From Chiloscyllium plagiosum (lineage: Eukaryota): a stretch of DNA of 64,000 bases. The notes below the pieces were generated by a model, which was given only the letters and a program-made list of their open reading frames with translations, made no database searches and had not been told where the DNA came from. The stretch lies in NCBI RefSeq assembly GCF_004010195.1, contig NC_057737.1, forward strand, positions 19,938,327-20,002,326, in the 5' to 3' direction. The number at the start of each line of letters is the position of its first letter. Within the stretch, counting starts at the first letter, position 1. This document shows, piece after piece, positions 12,886-26,644 of the stretch. Position numbers and translations under genes: made by a program.

Positions 12886-15800
12886 TGGTGACAGAAAGCA
12901 GGCTCATCATTTGAGAAAGTTTCATCACCCATTTGCAAAGGAAATCACAATCACCTGAATTTCTTTTTCAATAGCAAAATGAATCAAAAAGAAATAGCAC
13001 AGTGATTGAAGTATTTTTGAACTGTTATTATCGTTCGGCTTTTATTTCTAAAATTGGGTCTTAATGTAAGTCTGCAATTAAGATCAGCAGTTGGCCTTAG
13101 CTTTAAAGGAATGATGGGGAAATCTTTCAATAACAAACCTGTCTTTGTGTCAAGGTGACCTTTAAATGAAGAACATTACGGTGTGCAAAAAAAAAATGTT
13201 GTGTTTTTGTCTCAAAAATCAATATCTTAAATTAAGGTATTCGAGGATGAAAATAAAATATTATTTTAGTCAAATCCCAATACAATATATAATTAGACTC
13301 AGTATTGTGAAGCTGTAGCAGTAACAGGTCTGGAGTTTATTGTTGCTCTCTGGAAATCTCACTGACAATGAACTGCGCACAACACAATTTAACTGTTACT
13401 GTATATTCTCCCAAAAAGGGCAAGTGAAGTATAAGACAGATTCTACTTAGAGTCCATATTCTTGTGAAATCATACGATTCAAGCCAGCACTGCAAGTGTA
13501 CATGTGCAATTTAAAAGAAAAAGAGGCTGCTAATGTGGAATTATTTCAGATTTTGAACATTGACATTTTGTATGTAACAGCTGAGCTTCAGCAGAAAATT
13601 AAAATCCTTCATAATCAGATTGTACTATTATGACAATTGCTGCCAAATTATCTGATTTGGTGATATCGAAAAGATACTTGAAGGGATATGTAGTTCTCAG
13701 AAATACAGCATTTAATTGATTGTTTCCTTACTTCTCAACTCCCTCTCTTCTACTACTATTGTGGATTTTGGGGGTTTACGGTCACAGTTACAAATGCAGA
13801 CAGTTAATGATTTGTAGCAATTTTCAGATAGTTTATTGAATTTAAAGAGCAGCAGTTTGTACATGGTACATTAGTCAATTAAAGAAAGTGTACAACCATG
13901 ACAATTGGGGATGGTTCACTGATAGCAGAGGACAAATAAGCTGTTAGAGTGAAATGTGTTTCCCTTATTAAAGTTGTGGGGGCAGCATCCCACTCTCTGG
14001 ACGAAATGATAGGGAACTGTACCCTGGGTCTTATTCCACATCTTTTGGTTCATCTTCCATCCGGAGAAGACAGCTCTGTGAAGACTGCCGGACGAGGACT
14101 GTTGCCTACTAGGTCTGCTGGATGAGGATTGCTCCCTGAGGACAGCTCTCTAAGAACTCCCCAGTGAGTAGCCTCTCTGCTCCTGTGCGCTAATTCATGT
14201 ATCACATTTCCAGGGGGAAATTATTTTCTCTGTCAATCAATTGTCCAAACCCTTTTGTCTAATGGCCATAGGACAATTACTCATGGTGTTGGATTTTCTT
14301 CTTGTCCACCTCCATTTGAAGGTTAGTTTTCATTCCATCCAAGAACAAAACCTTCTTTTCTGAACAGCACATGGGTAATAGGGTACAATTGGCACCAGAT
14401 GAATTGTTGACACTATTCAACATGACCTCTGTGTTTCTTGTAATTCTCCCCTTTCATTTTCCCAGACTAGAATTTTGGAAAGTTAATTACTTCTGTAATA
14501 GCTGTTAAATGAAATCTCATACTTTATGGTAAGTGCCAGGAAAATTTCAGTTGTAAGATACCCAAATATTCACTGAATTCAGCTGAATTCAAGTGATTCA
14601 AATCTAGTAATGTCTAACCTTTCAGTCACTTGTCACTTTATAACACCATCTTGCTCTGATAAACACATTTCTGTTCTAGATCTGCTGTAGTGAAACCCAA
14701 TGCAATCAACAGGAGCAGCGTCACATTTTCCCATAAGGCACTTTACAGCTTTCGGGAGTCAACATTGAGTTCATCAACTTCAGATCGTAAACCCTGACCT
14801 CCATTTTGTTTCAGTCATTTTGAGCCCACAATCTTCTGACTCTCAATGAAGAGTTTTAGCAACTGAACTAATGCCACCATGTGTGAATTGTGTACCATCA
14901 TCAACTTGTCACTAATATCATATTAGTCCATCTGTTCTCTCTGGTGTGTTCATACTGATTGTGCCAAATTAATGCTTAGCATTAACTGTCAATATTGTTG
15001 ACTTCTAAAATGATCAGTTTATGCCATCTGCATTGCTTATCCATGTCAGTGTGAATTCACTGTTTTATATCCCAAAGCTTTTCCTGGTTAACTACAGATA
15101 CTCATACAAATAGCTACATAGAGGATACAAATTTAGCAATTTCCTTTGGATTTATGCAGCACTTGACCTTCTCCTCATCTTGACTTTGCAACCATTTTTC
15201 TTCATGGGTCTCCTGAGCCCAGCTTCTCTTAGAACTGCAGAGAGCTTCATTGCATGTCTGTAACATCAGAGGGCAGTCAGGACAATGCACCATTTTACAG
15301 CAATATCTCCTGGTCTTGTTTTAGTGAAGGAGTAAGTGAATGAATGAGTGAATGGATGGGTGTGATAAAAGATTGGGTAAATTCGTGAGATGACAAGTGG
15401 GTAGAGTGGCAGGTAGGTGGAATAACAGATGGGAGATGTGGGTCAGAGGTTAGTTGGCTCAGGCCATTATGAGTAGCCAGTTCAGAGGCATTATCAGATA
15501 TTGAGGTATAGCCAGGTCTGGTTGGAAGGAATGCTTGGTGGTGAAAGGCTGAGTGGTAAGGTTGGGTTGGGTGTAGTCAGGCGATCATAGTGTGGTGGGG
15601 GAATTATTGTTTTGGATTATTTTGGAATGTGTAGTTGTAGGGTCAGAGGGTAAGTGGGTGAGTGAGTGTGGTCATGGGATTTTTAGGGGAGGTGAGTGGG
15701 AGACATGGGGGGAGTTACAGGAGAGGTCAGCATGAATGATTATAGACCGGTCTGTATTTATCCAGGACTAAAACTATGTTTTAATCTCTGTAACATTATC

Positions 15801-16959
15801 TGCGAATCTAACGAGGTGAGTACTAGAGAACAGTTCAACTTCAGCGTGGAGATGGAGACTTTGGCAGAGTCCTGGAAATTATGTTTATGTTTTTAACTAA
15901 CTGAGTTTTTTTTTTAATGAATAAAATTAATTCTATACTTTCTTACAGAAGGTCAGGCTGGCTTGTTTCTTCCCAGGTTTACATCTGTCAAGTGCTGTTA
16001 AACTGAAAATACCACACCTTTTTAAAAATTCAAACTCCATTATACCCGTCCCAGGAGTGAGAAAAGAAATTTATTCGCCACTCCAGAATTGGTCGGTACA
16101 TTTTGTCATTTCCAATGTGTTGGTGTTGGCACCCATTCTGTCTGAATGCATTTCCAAGCACAATGAGGAGCAGCATACCCAGGAAATAGCCAGTCTCTCT
16201 CTCTCTCTGTCACAAAACTACAAAAATACACTGAGCTGACCTGACCTAATTATATGTATCACAACTTCTGGCCTTTTATAAGCAGAGGTCACACATTTAA
16301 GATGTTTTGGAAAATAACCAAAGATTGCAGAAAGGAAAGTTTCCTTACACAATAAATGATTTGGATTGGATATACTGTCTATGGTATGGCAGATATGGAC
16401 GTTGCCTTCAGAAGGGGAAAGACTGTGTAAATGGACAATGCCACTGCTTAGTGAGGTATTGTTGTTCACGGGTGTGAGAGGTGAGAGAGTTACACCTAAC
16501 AAATGGGCTGAATGCCCCCTTACTACTGTACTGTAACAATTCAGTGATTCTGAATGTGACAAAGATGATCGCATCTGTTGCATTGAAACTTGTTCCAAGC
16601 AGGAATCAAGAAACCAGACCTCAGCAATTTGTCATGTTACATTTTAAACTAGTTGCAAGACCTGAGTAAACACAGTGACAGTCTCTAAGTTTCGTTGCTA
16701 ACCTATGCACTTGGTGTTTTTTTAAATTGCCTAATCTCCATATGGGTCCAGAGTAGCACTGACAACTAATCTGCCTTCTTTTCATTGAAGCCAGGGATTC
16801 CCCTAGCAAAGAAATTTGCAGACTAATTATAGTTGTTGCTGTCTTTTCTCAGATCTTGCAATTATGTAAAATTTAAAGTTACAATGGCACCATGCCTCTG
16901 GTGCAACTGGGCAGATGGATCATGACAGGCATTTTTAAATTTTGATTTGTTTTGATTTA

Positions 16960-17361
16960 TCCCTGGAGCATCAGAGGCTGAGGGGAGAACTTATAGAGGT
17001 TTATAAAATCGTGAGGGGTATGGATAGAGTAAATAGACAAGGTATTTTCACTGGGATGGGGGTGTCCAAAACTGGAGTGCATAGGTTTAGGGTAAGAGGG
17101 GAAAGTTATAAAAGATACCTAAGGGGCAACGTTTTCACGCAGAAGTTGGTACGTATATGGAATTAGCTGCCAGACGAAGTGGTGGAGGCTGGTACAATTA
17201 CAACCAATAAGAGGCATCTGGATGGGTACCTGAACAGGAAGAGTTTAGAGGGATATGGGCCAATTGCTGGCAAATGGGACAAGATTAATTGAGGATGTCT
17301 GGTCGGCTTGGACAAATTGGACCGAAAAGTCTGTTTCCGTGCTGTACAGCTCTATGACTCC
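16960..17361 (+). mobile_element. CR1 LINE 3' end
   Basis: SLEHQRLRGELIEVYKIVRGMDRVN...FTQKLVRIWN, followed by a 3' UTR ending ctctatgactc. Same family as 48965-50058 and 63400-63840. Confidence 0.9.
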
Positions 17362-17364
17362 ATT

Positions 17365-17992
17365 GTCTTATGTACTGAGATACAGTGAAAAGTATTATTT
17401 TGCATGCTAACCAGACATGCATACGATAGGGTAATAGACCAGAATTCAGAATACAGTATTACAACTACAGAGAAGGTGCAGAGAAAGGTCAAATTAACAT
17501 ATGAGAAGTCTAATAATAAGTCTGATGATAACTGGTAAGAAACTGTTCTTAAATCTCTTGATGCATGTTTTCAAACTTCTGCGTATCTTCATGATGGAAG
17601 AGGGTGGAAGAGAATATAACAGCGATGGAAGGGGCCTTTGACTACATTGACTGCTTTCCCATGGCAGCGGGAAGCACAGACGGAGTCAATGGAAGGAAGG
17701 CTGGCCTTTGTGATGGACTGGGTCTGTGTTCATGACTCTAATTTCTTGCAATCTTGGGCAGAGCAGTTACCACACCAGGCTGTGTTGTATCTGGATAAGA
17801 TGCTTTCTATGGTGCATGTATAAACATTGAGAAGAGTCTTGCCGAATATCCTTCGCCTTCTGAGGAAGGTGTTGGTATGCTTTCTTGACAGTAGTGTTGA
17901 CGTGGATGGACCAGGATAGATTGTTGGTGATAATTACTCCTAGGAACTTGAAGATCTCGACAACCTCTGCCTCAGCACCATCAATACAGACA
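17365..17992 (-). mobile_element. Rex1/Babar-type LINE 3' fragment
   Basis: Reverse complement of the sequences at 40655-41345 and 41640-41965 (ccatagaaagcatc...cccagtccatcacaaa). Confidence 0.75.
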
Positions 17993-18739
17993 GGGCATTT
18001 TGCATTGGGAACATTTTTTCCAAACAGGGAATTGCATAACTACTTAAAGGAGATAAAATTGCAGGTATATGAAGGAACAGCATGAGATAAAACAACCTGG
18101 GTTGTTCTTTAAAAGAGCTGATGGTCACTTGAGGTGCTGAATGGCCTCCTGTATTTACTGTTTCGCTGTTTGGAAGATATTGTACCTCTTCCCAATGTAA
18201 GTGGCAATTTCCATCTTCTAAAACACCGAAAGTTTTCATCTGATTCCTTTTTTATGTTGACCTGCATTTGGTCATGGTGTTTTATGTTGACTCCTAAGCA
18301 GTAGTCTAAGTTCTGGTGTCTCAGGCAGCTTTAATGAAGTGGAAGCTGTTTGTACACTGACGCCAGTAAAACGTTTGTACGTCCAGTTCATGAAGCACGC
18401 TTCTGGACGTAAAACGGCTAGATTCACTGGTGCTGACAGATAGGATATTCAGTTTATTTAAAAAAGGCCTTTATGACATTAACCTTGCCATAGATGGCTG
18501 GCCTACACAAGACCTTTTTTAGATGTTTAGTATTATTAATAAATTATTATTAGGGAATTATTATCAGGGTATTTGCCTGCTGAATGATATGTACACTTTG
18601 GGAACAGATGATGCAAACACCACATCTAAAACCTAGATTATAGATCATATTAGCATAGCAAACACGCCTTCATTTTTAAGGTTGCTGCTTTCATTATACG
18701 CTATTCATTCTGTTATGTTCAAAGGATGCACAAAATATA

Positions 18740-18954
18740 CAGGTAGTCAGTGGGTTATGAACACCCGACTTAAAATGTCACATACCTCCAGCTTCTCATT
18801 TAAAAAAAATATTTTTAAAAATCCAAGTTACATGCAATGTTTCATCCTAACGAACCGGCGTACTAATTAGCCCGTATCTATTCCTACTTCCAGACAAATT
18901 CAATTTACGAACAGCAGAACAAACGGAACTTGTTCGTAATCTGGAGATTTCCTG
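18740..18954. mobile_element. Tigger/pogo-like MITE with TA target duplication
   Basis: ta|CAGGTAGTCAGTGGGTTATGAACA ... TGTTCGTAATCTGGAGATTTCCTG|ta: imperfect ~24-bp TIRs beginning CAGG. Confidence 0.55.
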
Positions 18955-21900
18955 TAGAAGGATTACGTATGCGCCAGACCTTGCAAATACGCTAGCACTT
19001 ATAGTTACCCTGCATGTTTAACACTGTAACATTGTATCCTGCAGTCTGGTCAGTTACCCTGATGCACTTGGAAAGTACAATCTCCTTGTAAAGTATTTAA
19101 GACAACACTTTTCACTCTATCTCAGTATGCATGATAGTAGTAGATTAAATCAAATCAAATATTTTTGAAAAGCCCAATTACTCATTTCTTACATGCACAC
19201 AGGTATTATCTTCTGATTTCAATTATTTTACTTACTTTGCTGTTGTCTCTTTCATACCATTCAGTGGAAATCAGATTTATAATAAAAGCATCACTTGCAT
19301 TCAGGAAATCCTGCAGGGGTTTCACAAAATGGTCTTTTGAGCTGCTGTTTTGGAGCACCTGGCTTCAGAGGTTCCCTGAAGAGGGCTCCATTAACTTACA
19401 CAAATTAATATTTTAGTTCTCCTGGGCTTCAAGCCACGCCAGTGAACAACACAATGAGAAACATTGCTCACTGTGCAAAATAAAAGGGCAACAGTATTTT
19501 TTTTTTACTTTCCTGTCCTTTGTCAATTCTTCTGACATATAGTCTGCTAAAAGTAATTTGCCTGCAATAGTGAAATAATAGTCATCTACATACATTACTG
19601 AAGTATATGATCCAGAAAAAGTCAACCACATAAAGTGCACATTCATCTTTAGCTAATACTGTACCATTCATTCTGCTGGCCCTACATATCAATGGATTAA
19701 TTATTGCCATGTTAATTGAGCCAGATTGAATTGTAACCATTAGAGCGCCTTAAACAGCTAATTGAGCATAATTAGTCTGCAAGTTAAAATATCTCACAGC
19801 TTGTACAACGTGCGCATAAATTGCACGATACATTTAGGAGCCAATTATACAGGAGAGGTACTTGAACAATAACAAATTGATGAGGTAGGAATTGCATCAA
19901 ATATCACAGAACTGTCGCTTAAAATCTCTTCAGTGGTCAAGTCTGTTATCATGGTGTTAATACAGAAGGCTTATTGTGGTATAGGGAAAGTTAGGAACTG
20001 TGGTTTATGTAAAAGGAACGCATGGTTAACTGTGCAATGGGAATAGGAGCATATATAGATGCTAGATCTTTCGGTTAGTCATACCTCTGGTAAAAGGGAG
20101 GGTAGAACTCTGACCCACAGAAAAGAACGGCTCCAGATGTTGATGGGGCCATGTGCATATTTTTATTTGAATTCCCTGCCATCCATGTAGGACTCACATT
20201 ACAAATAAAATAGTCACAACAAGCCTCAAGAAGTTGCTTCATCATCCTCATAATATAGAAGATTCATAATAGACATGAAACGTTAACTCTGTTTCTCTCT
20301 CCAGGGATGCTGCCAGACCAGCTGAGCTTCCCTAGCACTTTCTATTTGTATTCCTCGTCTGTGGGTCATGCGCCAAGTAGAAATTATTTTATACTTTATT
20401 TTTTGAAAAGGCATCTTAGTCTCATGACTGGCTGTGCAGGCTTTAAAACCTTTTTCCTTTTTAAATAGCCCTGCCATATCTACAGCCAGCAGAACCCCAG
20501 AAGATAGAGCACGTAATCTAGGCTGACAGTCCAACATAGGAGCTAGTTTGTACTGCATTGTCATCTTCAGTTTAACAATTAAACCAAGGCTCATCTATTC
20601 ACTTAGATGGAGGCAGAAAAGAAACCTTGAATTCTATTTTAAAGAAGAAAGTAGGAATCCTGGACAATGACCAAATTCTGCCCCAACTTTTCTCCACAAT
20701 GACCAAGTTCAGAGACATCTGATTCTGGCCTCTTTCAGAAGCAGACTGTGTCTGAAATCTGGGTCCTCCTTCATGGTGCTGCATCATCAGGGGAGGCCAA
20801 GCCACACCCACCTTTTATAGCACTAGAGGCATATCCTGGCTATTTATTCCCCTCACACATTGAAAGGTATTGGGATATTTAAACAATGTTTTAGTGTGTT
20901 ACCAATTGAGGGTGGGAGGGCTAAGTGAGCATGGTGACAGTTGGGGTGGTGTGGCAAGGTGATAGGGCGGATAGTTGGGTTGGTGAGGATTTTCCAGGTT
21001 AGGGGCTTGTCAGGTCAGATTGGGGAGAGATCTGAGGGGAGACAAAGGGTTGGGAGGCTTGGACAGTAGTGTGGATTCAGATGGGAGCAGGGGTGTGAGG
21101 GGACCAGCAGGTCAGGGGAAGTTGGTGGGTCAGGGGAGTTGGATGGTGGGGATCCACTTAGTTTCAATGGGGAGGGTTTAAGGTCTTTGCAGGGGTGGGA
21201 TGGGGGTGGGGGTCTAGGCCTAATCAGACCCGTGAAGGGTGGACATCAGTAGAATGGTTGTCAGATTAAATATTGATTTTAACATTTCCTGGATCACTGT
21301 GAAAATACATAAGAAGAAGTCTTCGAAGCATTTTACTCCAACTCAGAATTGGAGACATTTTGATAGTCCAAGGGAACAGGGCAGTTGCCGACCAGAAACT
21401 CAAACTTTTCAGGCAATTCCCTCAGAATCATGGCATGGGAATTCCACGTTGTCCAAATTTGTTTCACTGGTCATTTATCTGATTTCCAATTACTTGGAAA
21501 CTTGAAGATCTGGGCCAATATTTATCCTTGAATTAACATAATTGAAACAGAGAATAGCATTTTGCTGTGCACAGATTGGCCACTACATTTCTGACATTAC
21601 AACAGAGGTACTACCAAGTACTTAATTGATTGTAAAACATTTTCATAGTTCTTGAGTTGCAAAAGATGGCGTAAAAATCCAAGTTTTTATTAGAACATCA
21701 GTATTCCTACTGGTATCCAACAGAAATATTGGGACATGCATTGTGTGATGGATTCCCATCATTTACATTTGAATATCACACACACGCACCCATATAATAT
21801 CCCTACTTCAGTTCTGGTGTGATGGGGATGAGCAAGGAACTACTAAAGAGTTTCTCAGTGCCCTTAGCTCCGATTAAATAAGAAGCAATGTAACTCAAAC

Positions 21901-22914
21901 AAAATTTTCGCTTCTAGCACTAAGTGTTATGGCAGATCTGAAACCAAGGAGGGAATTCAGCTTGAGGGTAGGACAGGTTTTCCAGAATGGTAATGTTCAT
22001 TTCAGCTCGTTTCACATTCCAGGCGTGGGTAAAATCCCAGATTTTGTGAGCAGGAAGTTCCAAGGCAGGTTGAGATATTCCAGTTTCAAACATCAGATCA
22101 CCATATTTAAAAGGCACCCAGACAGCACCTCACTCTCTGTAACCCAGGAGCATCTTTCAATCCCCATCCCCCTCACCCACTTTTGGAGAAGTCAATGACC
22201 AGGAAACAAATGTTGCCATGCTTTAGCAATCCCTGCAGCTTTTCTTAAAGGCCATCCATGGAAGAAGGGAAGATTTTTTTTTCCCCTATTGATGACTATA
22301 AGACACCATCCTGACTGACAACCTAGACAGTGATGGCTTCGGTGGGCAGCATCTGTGGGCCACTCAAAGGAATCTGGCTCCAGTGCCACAAGAGGATATT
22401 ACGTGCTCCTTGGCTGGGTACCATTGTCTTCTCAATGCTTCATGCCCCTAGGTGTGTGAGGTAACTTGTCCAGTTGCCATTGCAGAGCACCGCGACAGAG
22501 GTGCCAGGCATCTTCATCAGATGCCACATCTGCAATCAATGTCTGTTACATCATTGCAACTACCAACATAGCACAACTGGCATCACAGTGGTTCTGCCAG
22601 CAACACAACAGAAGCAACAATATCTTGAGCAAGAGACCATACCTTGTATTGTGTGCTGTTGTGGGTCCCTTTATCTTAGAAAATATATACTTCCCACTGA
22701 GAGAGTTCAGCAAAATCACCAGGCTGATTCTGGGATGGCAGTTTCATCATATAAAGTGAGATTGGATAGACTGGGCCTTTATTACAAGATGATTTGAGTT
22801 CAGAAGGAGGGAAAAACCTACTGCAGTTATAGAGGGCCTTGGTGAAACAACACAGGAGTGTTATAAGCAGTTTTGTCTCCCTATCTAAGAAAGGATCTAC
22901 TTGCCATAGAGACA

Positions 22915-23006
22915 AGATTAGAGTAGTGCTGGAAAAGCACGGCAGATCAGGCAGCATCCGAGGAGCAGGAAAATCGACGTTTCGGTCAAAGGCCCTTCAG
23001 CAGGAA
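22915..23006 (-). mobile_element. 92-bp PLE-terminus/hammerhead module with 13-bp TSD
   Basis: The minus strand reads attc-CTGCTGA-agggcctttgacc-GAAACGTC-gatt, with one core substitution. Flanks are tgccatagagaca (22902-22914) and tggcatagagaca (23007-23019). Confidence 0.8.
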
Positions 23007-23087
23007 TGGCATAGAGACAGTTCAGTGAAGGTTCATTTCGCTGATGGCAGGACTGTCATATGAGGAGAGGTTGGTCCAATTGGTTCG

Positions 23088-23222
23088 GTTCTGATGTAGA
23101 GTCACCGGACTTGAAACATTAACTCTGCTTTCTTTCCACAGTTGCTGCCAGACCTGCTGAGTTTCTCCAGAAACTTCTGTTTTTGCTTCAGACCTCCAGC
23201 ATCTGCAATTCTTTGCTTGATT
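23088..23222 (+). mobile_element. PLE-terminus module, second family, degenerate hammerhead
   Basis: gttCTGATGTagagtcaccggacttGAAACATTaactctg...gctgccagacctgctgagtttctccag. Related copies at 20275-20350, 26244-26492 and 48193-48300. Confidence 0.7.
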
Positions 23223-23804
23223 TTGAACTTATACTCACCAGCGTTTAAAAGGACAAGAGGGCACCTACTTGAAACATCTAAAATGTTACCAGGACTAGAC
23301 AGACTAGAAACAGGAGGGATGTTTCCCTGGTTGGGAGGTGTAGAACATATTCAGAGGGTGGTCTATCTGTGAGATTAACCACCGCAGAAGGCTGTAGAGG
23401 TTGAGTCACTGAATGTATTTACGATAGAATTTAACAGATTTTTAGATATTAAACCTATAAAGAAGAATAGGGTGAAAACAGAAATAAGGGAGTAAGATGG
23501 AGGATCAGCCATGATCGTATTGGATGGCAGAGCAAGTCGAAGGGCAATGGCCTACTCCTTTACCTGGTTTCTACGTTTCCATTTATTCATTGGTTTTTCA
23601 GAGAATGGGAGAAGATCTTATTAAAACATAAAATTCTGCCAGGGCTAGATAGACTGGATGTAGGGATAATATTCCACGAGGTGGAGGTTTGGAATAAGGG
23701 TTCACTGTCTCAGGATACAAGGTAGACCATTTGGGTCTCAAATAAGGAAAAATTTATTCACTCAAAGCTCAAGTGGTGACTCTGTGGAATTCTCTACCAC
23801 ATAT

Positions 23805-24110
23805 GGGTGACACATTGGCTCACTGGTTAGCACAGCTGCCTCACAGCACCAAGGACCTGGGTTTGATACCAGCCTCGGGTGCCTGTCTGTGTGGAGTTTG
23901 CACATTGTCCTCGTATCTGCGTGGGTTTCCTCCCCACGGTCCAAAGATGCAGATGGTAAATTGTTCAGGGATGTGCAGACTGAGTGGACTTGCCATAGTA
24001 AATGCAGGATTATAGGCTAGGAAGGGTTGGATCTGTGTGGGATGCTCTTCAGAGGGTCAGTGTCCATTAAATGGGCCAAATGGCCTGCTTCCATACTTTA
24101 GGGATTTTAT
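23805..24110 (+). mobile_element. HE1-type V-SINE
   Basis: tRNA-like head (A box tggctcactggttagc; B box gggtttgatacc) and V-domain gtgtggagtttgcac...ctgcgtgggtttcctcc. Confidence 0.85.
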
Positions 24111-24559
24111 AACATGGCTGTAGAGGTCAGGTCACAGAATATGTTTAAGAAAGAAATAGATTTCTAGACACTAAAGCCATCAAAGAGTTTTAGAGAATGA
24201 GAATGTAGCATTGAGATAGAGGATGAGCCATAATCATATTGAATGGCAGAGTGCATTTGATGGGCCAAATGACCTACTCCTTTTTCTATTTTTTATGTAT
24301 CTATCTGTCAGGGGTCACAATTAAAATATACAAAGAGGTAAAAGACTTAGCAGTCCAGGTATCATTCAGTGTTTCTCATCCCAAGTGGGAGAACATACAC
24401 AACTGGTAGGTTTTTTTTGGTCAAAGGCTAGATAAGGACAATGACACAAGCACAGAAGATAGCTTTTTGAGTTGAGCCCCCTGTTGATTTCAGTCCTACA
24501 TGCCTGGCCCTGTCACATTTGCCCAGGTAAGCTGCATCCCTAACACTAACTGATTGCAC

Positions 24560-24647
24560 AAAGTTAAAAATCACACAATACGAGGTTATCGTCCAACAGG
24601 TTTATTTGGAAGCACTAGCTTTCAGAGTGCTGCTCCTTCATCAGGTG
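24560..24647 (-). ncRNA. Minimal type I hammerhead ribozyme motif (24613-24647) in a PLE-terminus fragment
   Basis: Minus strand: CAC-CUGAUGA-A-GGAGcagcaCUCU-GAAA-GC-UA-GUG. Core intact, stem I CAC:GUG, palindromic AGCU stem III. Confidence 0.65.
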
Positions 24648-25010
24648 GACAAAGAATCACCTAGATGCTGAAGGAGCTGAGTAAACAGAGAGTTACTTGT
24701 GTGAAACAGGTTAAGGTCAGAAACCTTGACCCACCTGAAACATTCTGAGAACTTAAATGCAACGGTTTAATCCATCATTGGAAAACAGACCTATTGCCTC
24801 CTGCCCAATTACAGTTCCCACTCACCTTTCTCAAAGCTTTGAGCAAGATGGAAAATTACACCCAAAGTATCTAGTTCCACGAAACGGAAACTGAACTACA
24901 GTGGCGAATTCAAAATAGTAACAATGGCCTGAGAGTTGTTTCAAAAAAACTAAATTAATATATTGGTAAATCTTCCATTAGGTGTAAGAAAATTGTGGCA
25001 TTACCCATCA

Positions 25011-25503
25011 AAGTTAAAAATCACACAACACCAGGTTATAGTCCAACAGGTTTATCTAGAAGCACTAGGTTTTGGAGCGCTGCTCCTCTGGTTGCTGTGG
25101 AGCAGGATCACAAGACACAGAATTTATAGCAAAAGTTTACAGTCATGCAACTGAAATGATATATTGAACAAACCTAGATTGCTATTAAGTCTTTCATCTT
25201 TTAGAATGGGTTGCAGGTTTTGGTTCATTAATATGAAAATCAGAGAACTTATTTTTAGTCACATTCTAAAGATAACTTAAGGTTTTATAAAAGGAGCTCA
25301 CATCTCAGCTCAGACAATGCGTTAAAGGTGTGAGGTTAGAGTCTGTCTGTATTCCAATCTTGAGTCAGACTGGTTCTGCTACCTGATGAAGGATCAGCGC
25401 TCCAAAAGCTAGTGCTTACAAATAAACCTGATGGACTATAACCTGGTGTTGTGTGAGTTTTAACTTTGTCCACCCCAGTCCAATACCGGCTCCTCCACTT
25501 CAT
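25011..25503 (+). mobile_element. Palindromic non-autonomous PLE-derived element with hammerhead remnant and perfect 12-bp TSD
   Basis: TSD CATTACCCATCA at 24999-25010 and 25504-25515. Arms 25011-25087 and ~25390-25467 are inverted repeats. At 25383 it reads CTGATGAaggatcagcgctccAAAAgcta (GAAA changed to AAAA). Confidence 0.85.
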
Positions 25504-26243
25504 CATTACCCATCAAGATTATGCATCAATATGACCCATCCATAGAAGCACAAATTTTCTGTTAATTAAATTAAAATTCCTCAAGATGTTATGGGTCTGT
25601 TGAGCACTTCAGGTAAGAGATTTCATTGAATCCATGGAAAAGCAAGAAGCATTAATTATTTTCCTCTCTCTTTACGTCTCTTGTCTGTTTTTTCATAGAA
25701 TTTATAGACAGTTAATCAAAATCAAAAGAACAAATGTGACTCACTGAGTTAAGAACAAAGAAAGATGTTAGAATGTATAAAAATCAAGTTGAGTTTGTTT
25801 CAAGAAATACCTTTCCTGTGATGTAGGTATACTCTCCCCAGTGTTTCATTTCTAGTTTGTGATTTCCTTACCTTAATTATCTGTGATAAATATGGCACAC
25901 CGTGAAATTAACAAGGATTCTAGCACTCGCCGTTATTAATGTGCAAATCAAACAGGAGCTTCAAGTGAGTGCCAACGGATTGTTAAAAGCAAAAATCTGG
26001 ACAGTGCTGTCTGAAAAGTCCTCCATGTGCTGCACAAACCTGACAACTCACCATCACGCTCCCCATTCAAAATTCTTAAACCTCGCAAAGTTCATATATA
26101 ATATACACACAGACTAAACACTCTACAGATATTTGGTGTTTGAATCTTCAGACTGGAATGTCCAATCTTCTTAATAGCTTTAGAAATCTCATTTGCAGCC
26201 AAAGCCCCTCTCTGATGCTGAAAATTAACTATTGCAAATGTGA

Positions 26244-26492
26244 AATAAAAATCAAAAGAACTGCAGATGCTGGAAATCAGAAACAAGAACAGAAATTGCT
26301 TCCTGGGGAAGTCTCTGTGTGATTGCTGGAAATGGCTTAGCAGATCTAGAAGCATCCATGGCGAGAAATCAGAGTTAATGTTGTGGGTTCAGTGACCCTT
26401 TCTAAACTCTGAAGGTCACTGAACTCAAAATGTTAATTCTGATTTCTCACCACAGATACTGCCAGACCTGCTGAGCCTTTCCAACAGTTTTC
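26244..26492. mobile_element. Palindromic PLE-terminus element (tail-to-tail), degenerate hammerheads
   Basis: gagaaatcagagttaatgttgtgggttcagtgacc versus ggtcactgaactcaaaatgttaattctgatttctc form an inverted repeat. Flanks attgcaaatgtga (26231-26243) and attacaaatttga (26493-26505). Confidence 0.75.
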
Positions 26493-26644
26493 ATTACAAA
26501 TTTGAGGTCTTCTGCATTCAAATTTTAATGATTGTTGGAAATCTTGTTAAAACTGTAAATTATACCTTTACTTTATTTCCTTTCCTCATCTCTCTCTCTT
26601 CGAATTCAATCATTCTGTCTTCTCTTAGTTTTCTGTACCTGATT

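Larger units (their letters stand above)
22640..24305 (+). mobile_element. Stack of several CR1 3' fragments with nested HE1 SINE and PLE-terminus inserts
   Basis: Recurrent CR1 motifs (gggctagatagactggatg, tggaattctctaccac, gatcagccatgatc..tgaatggcagag) interrupted at 22915-23006, 23088-23222 and 23805-24110. Confidence 0.75.
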
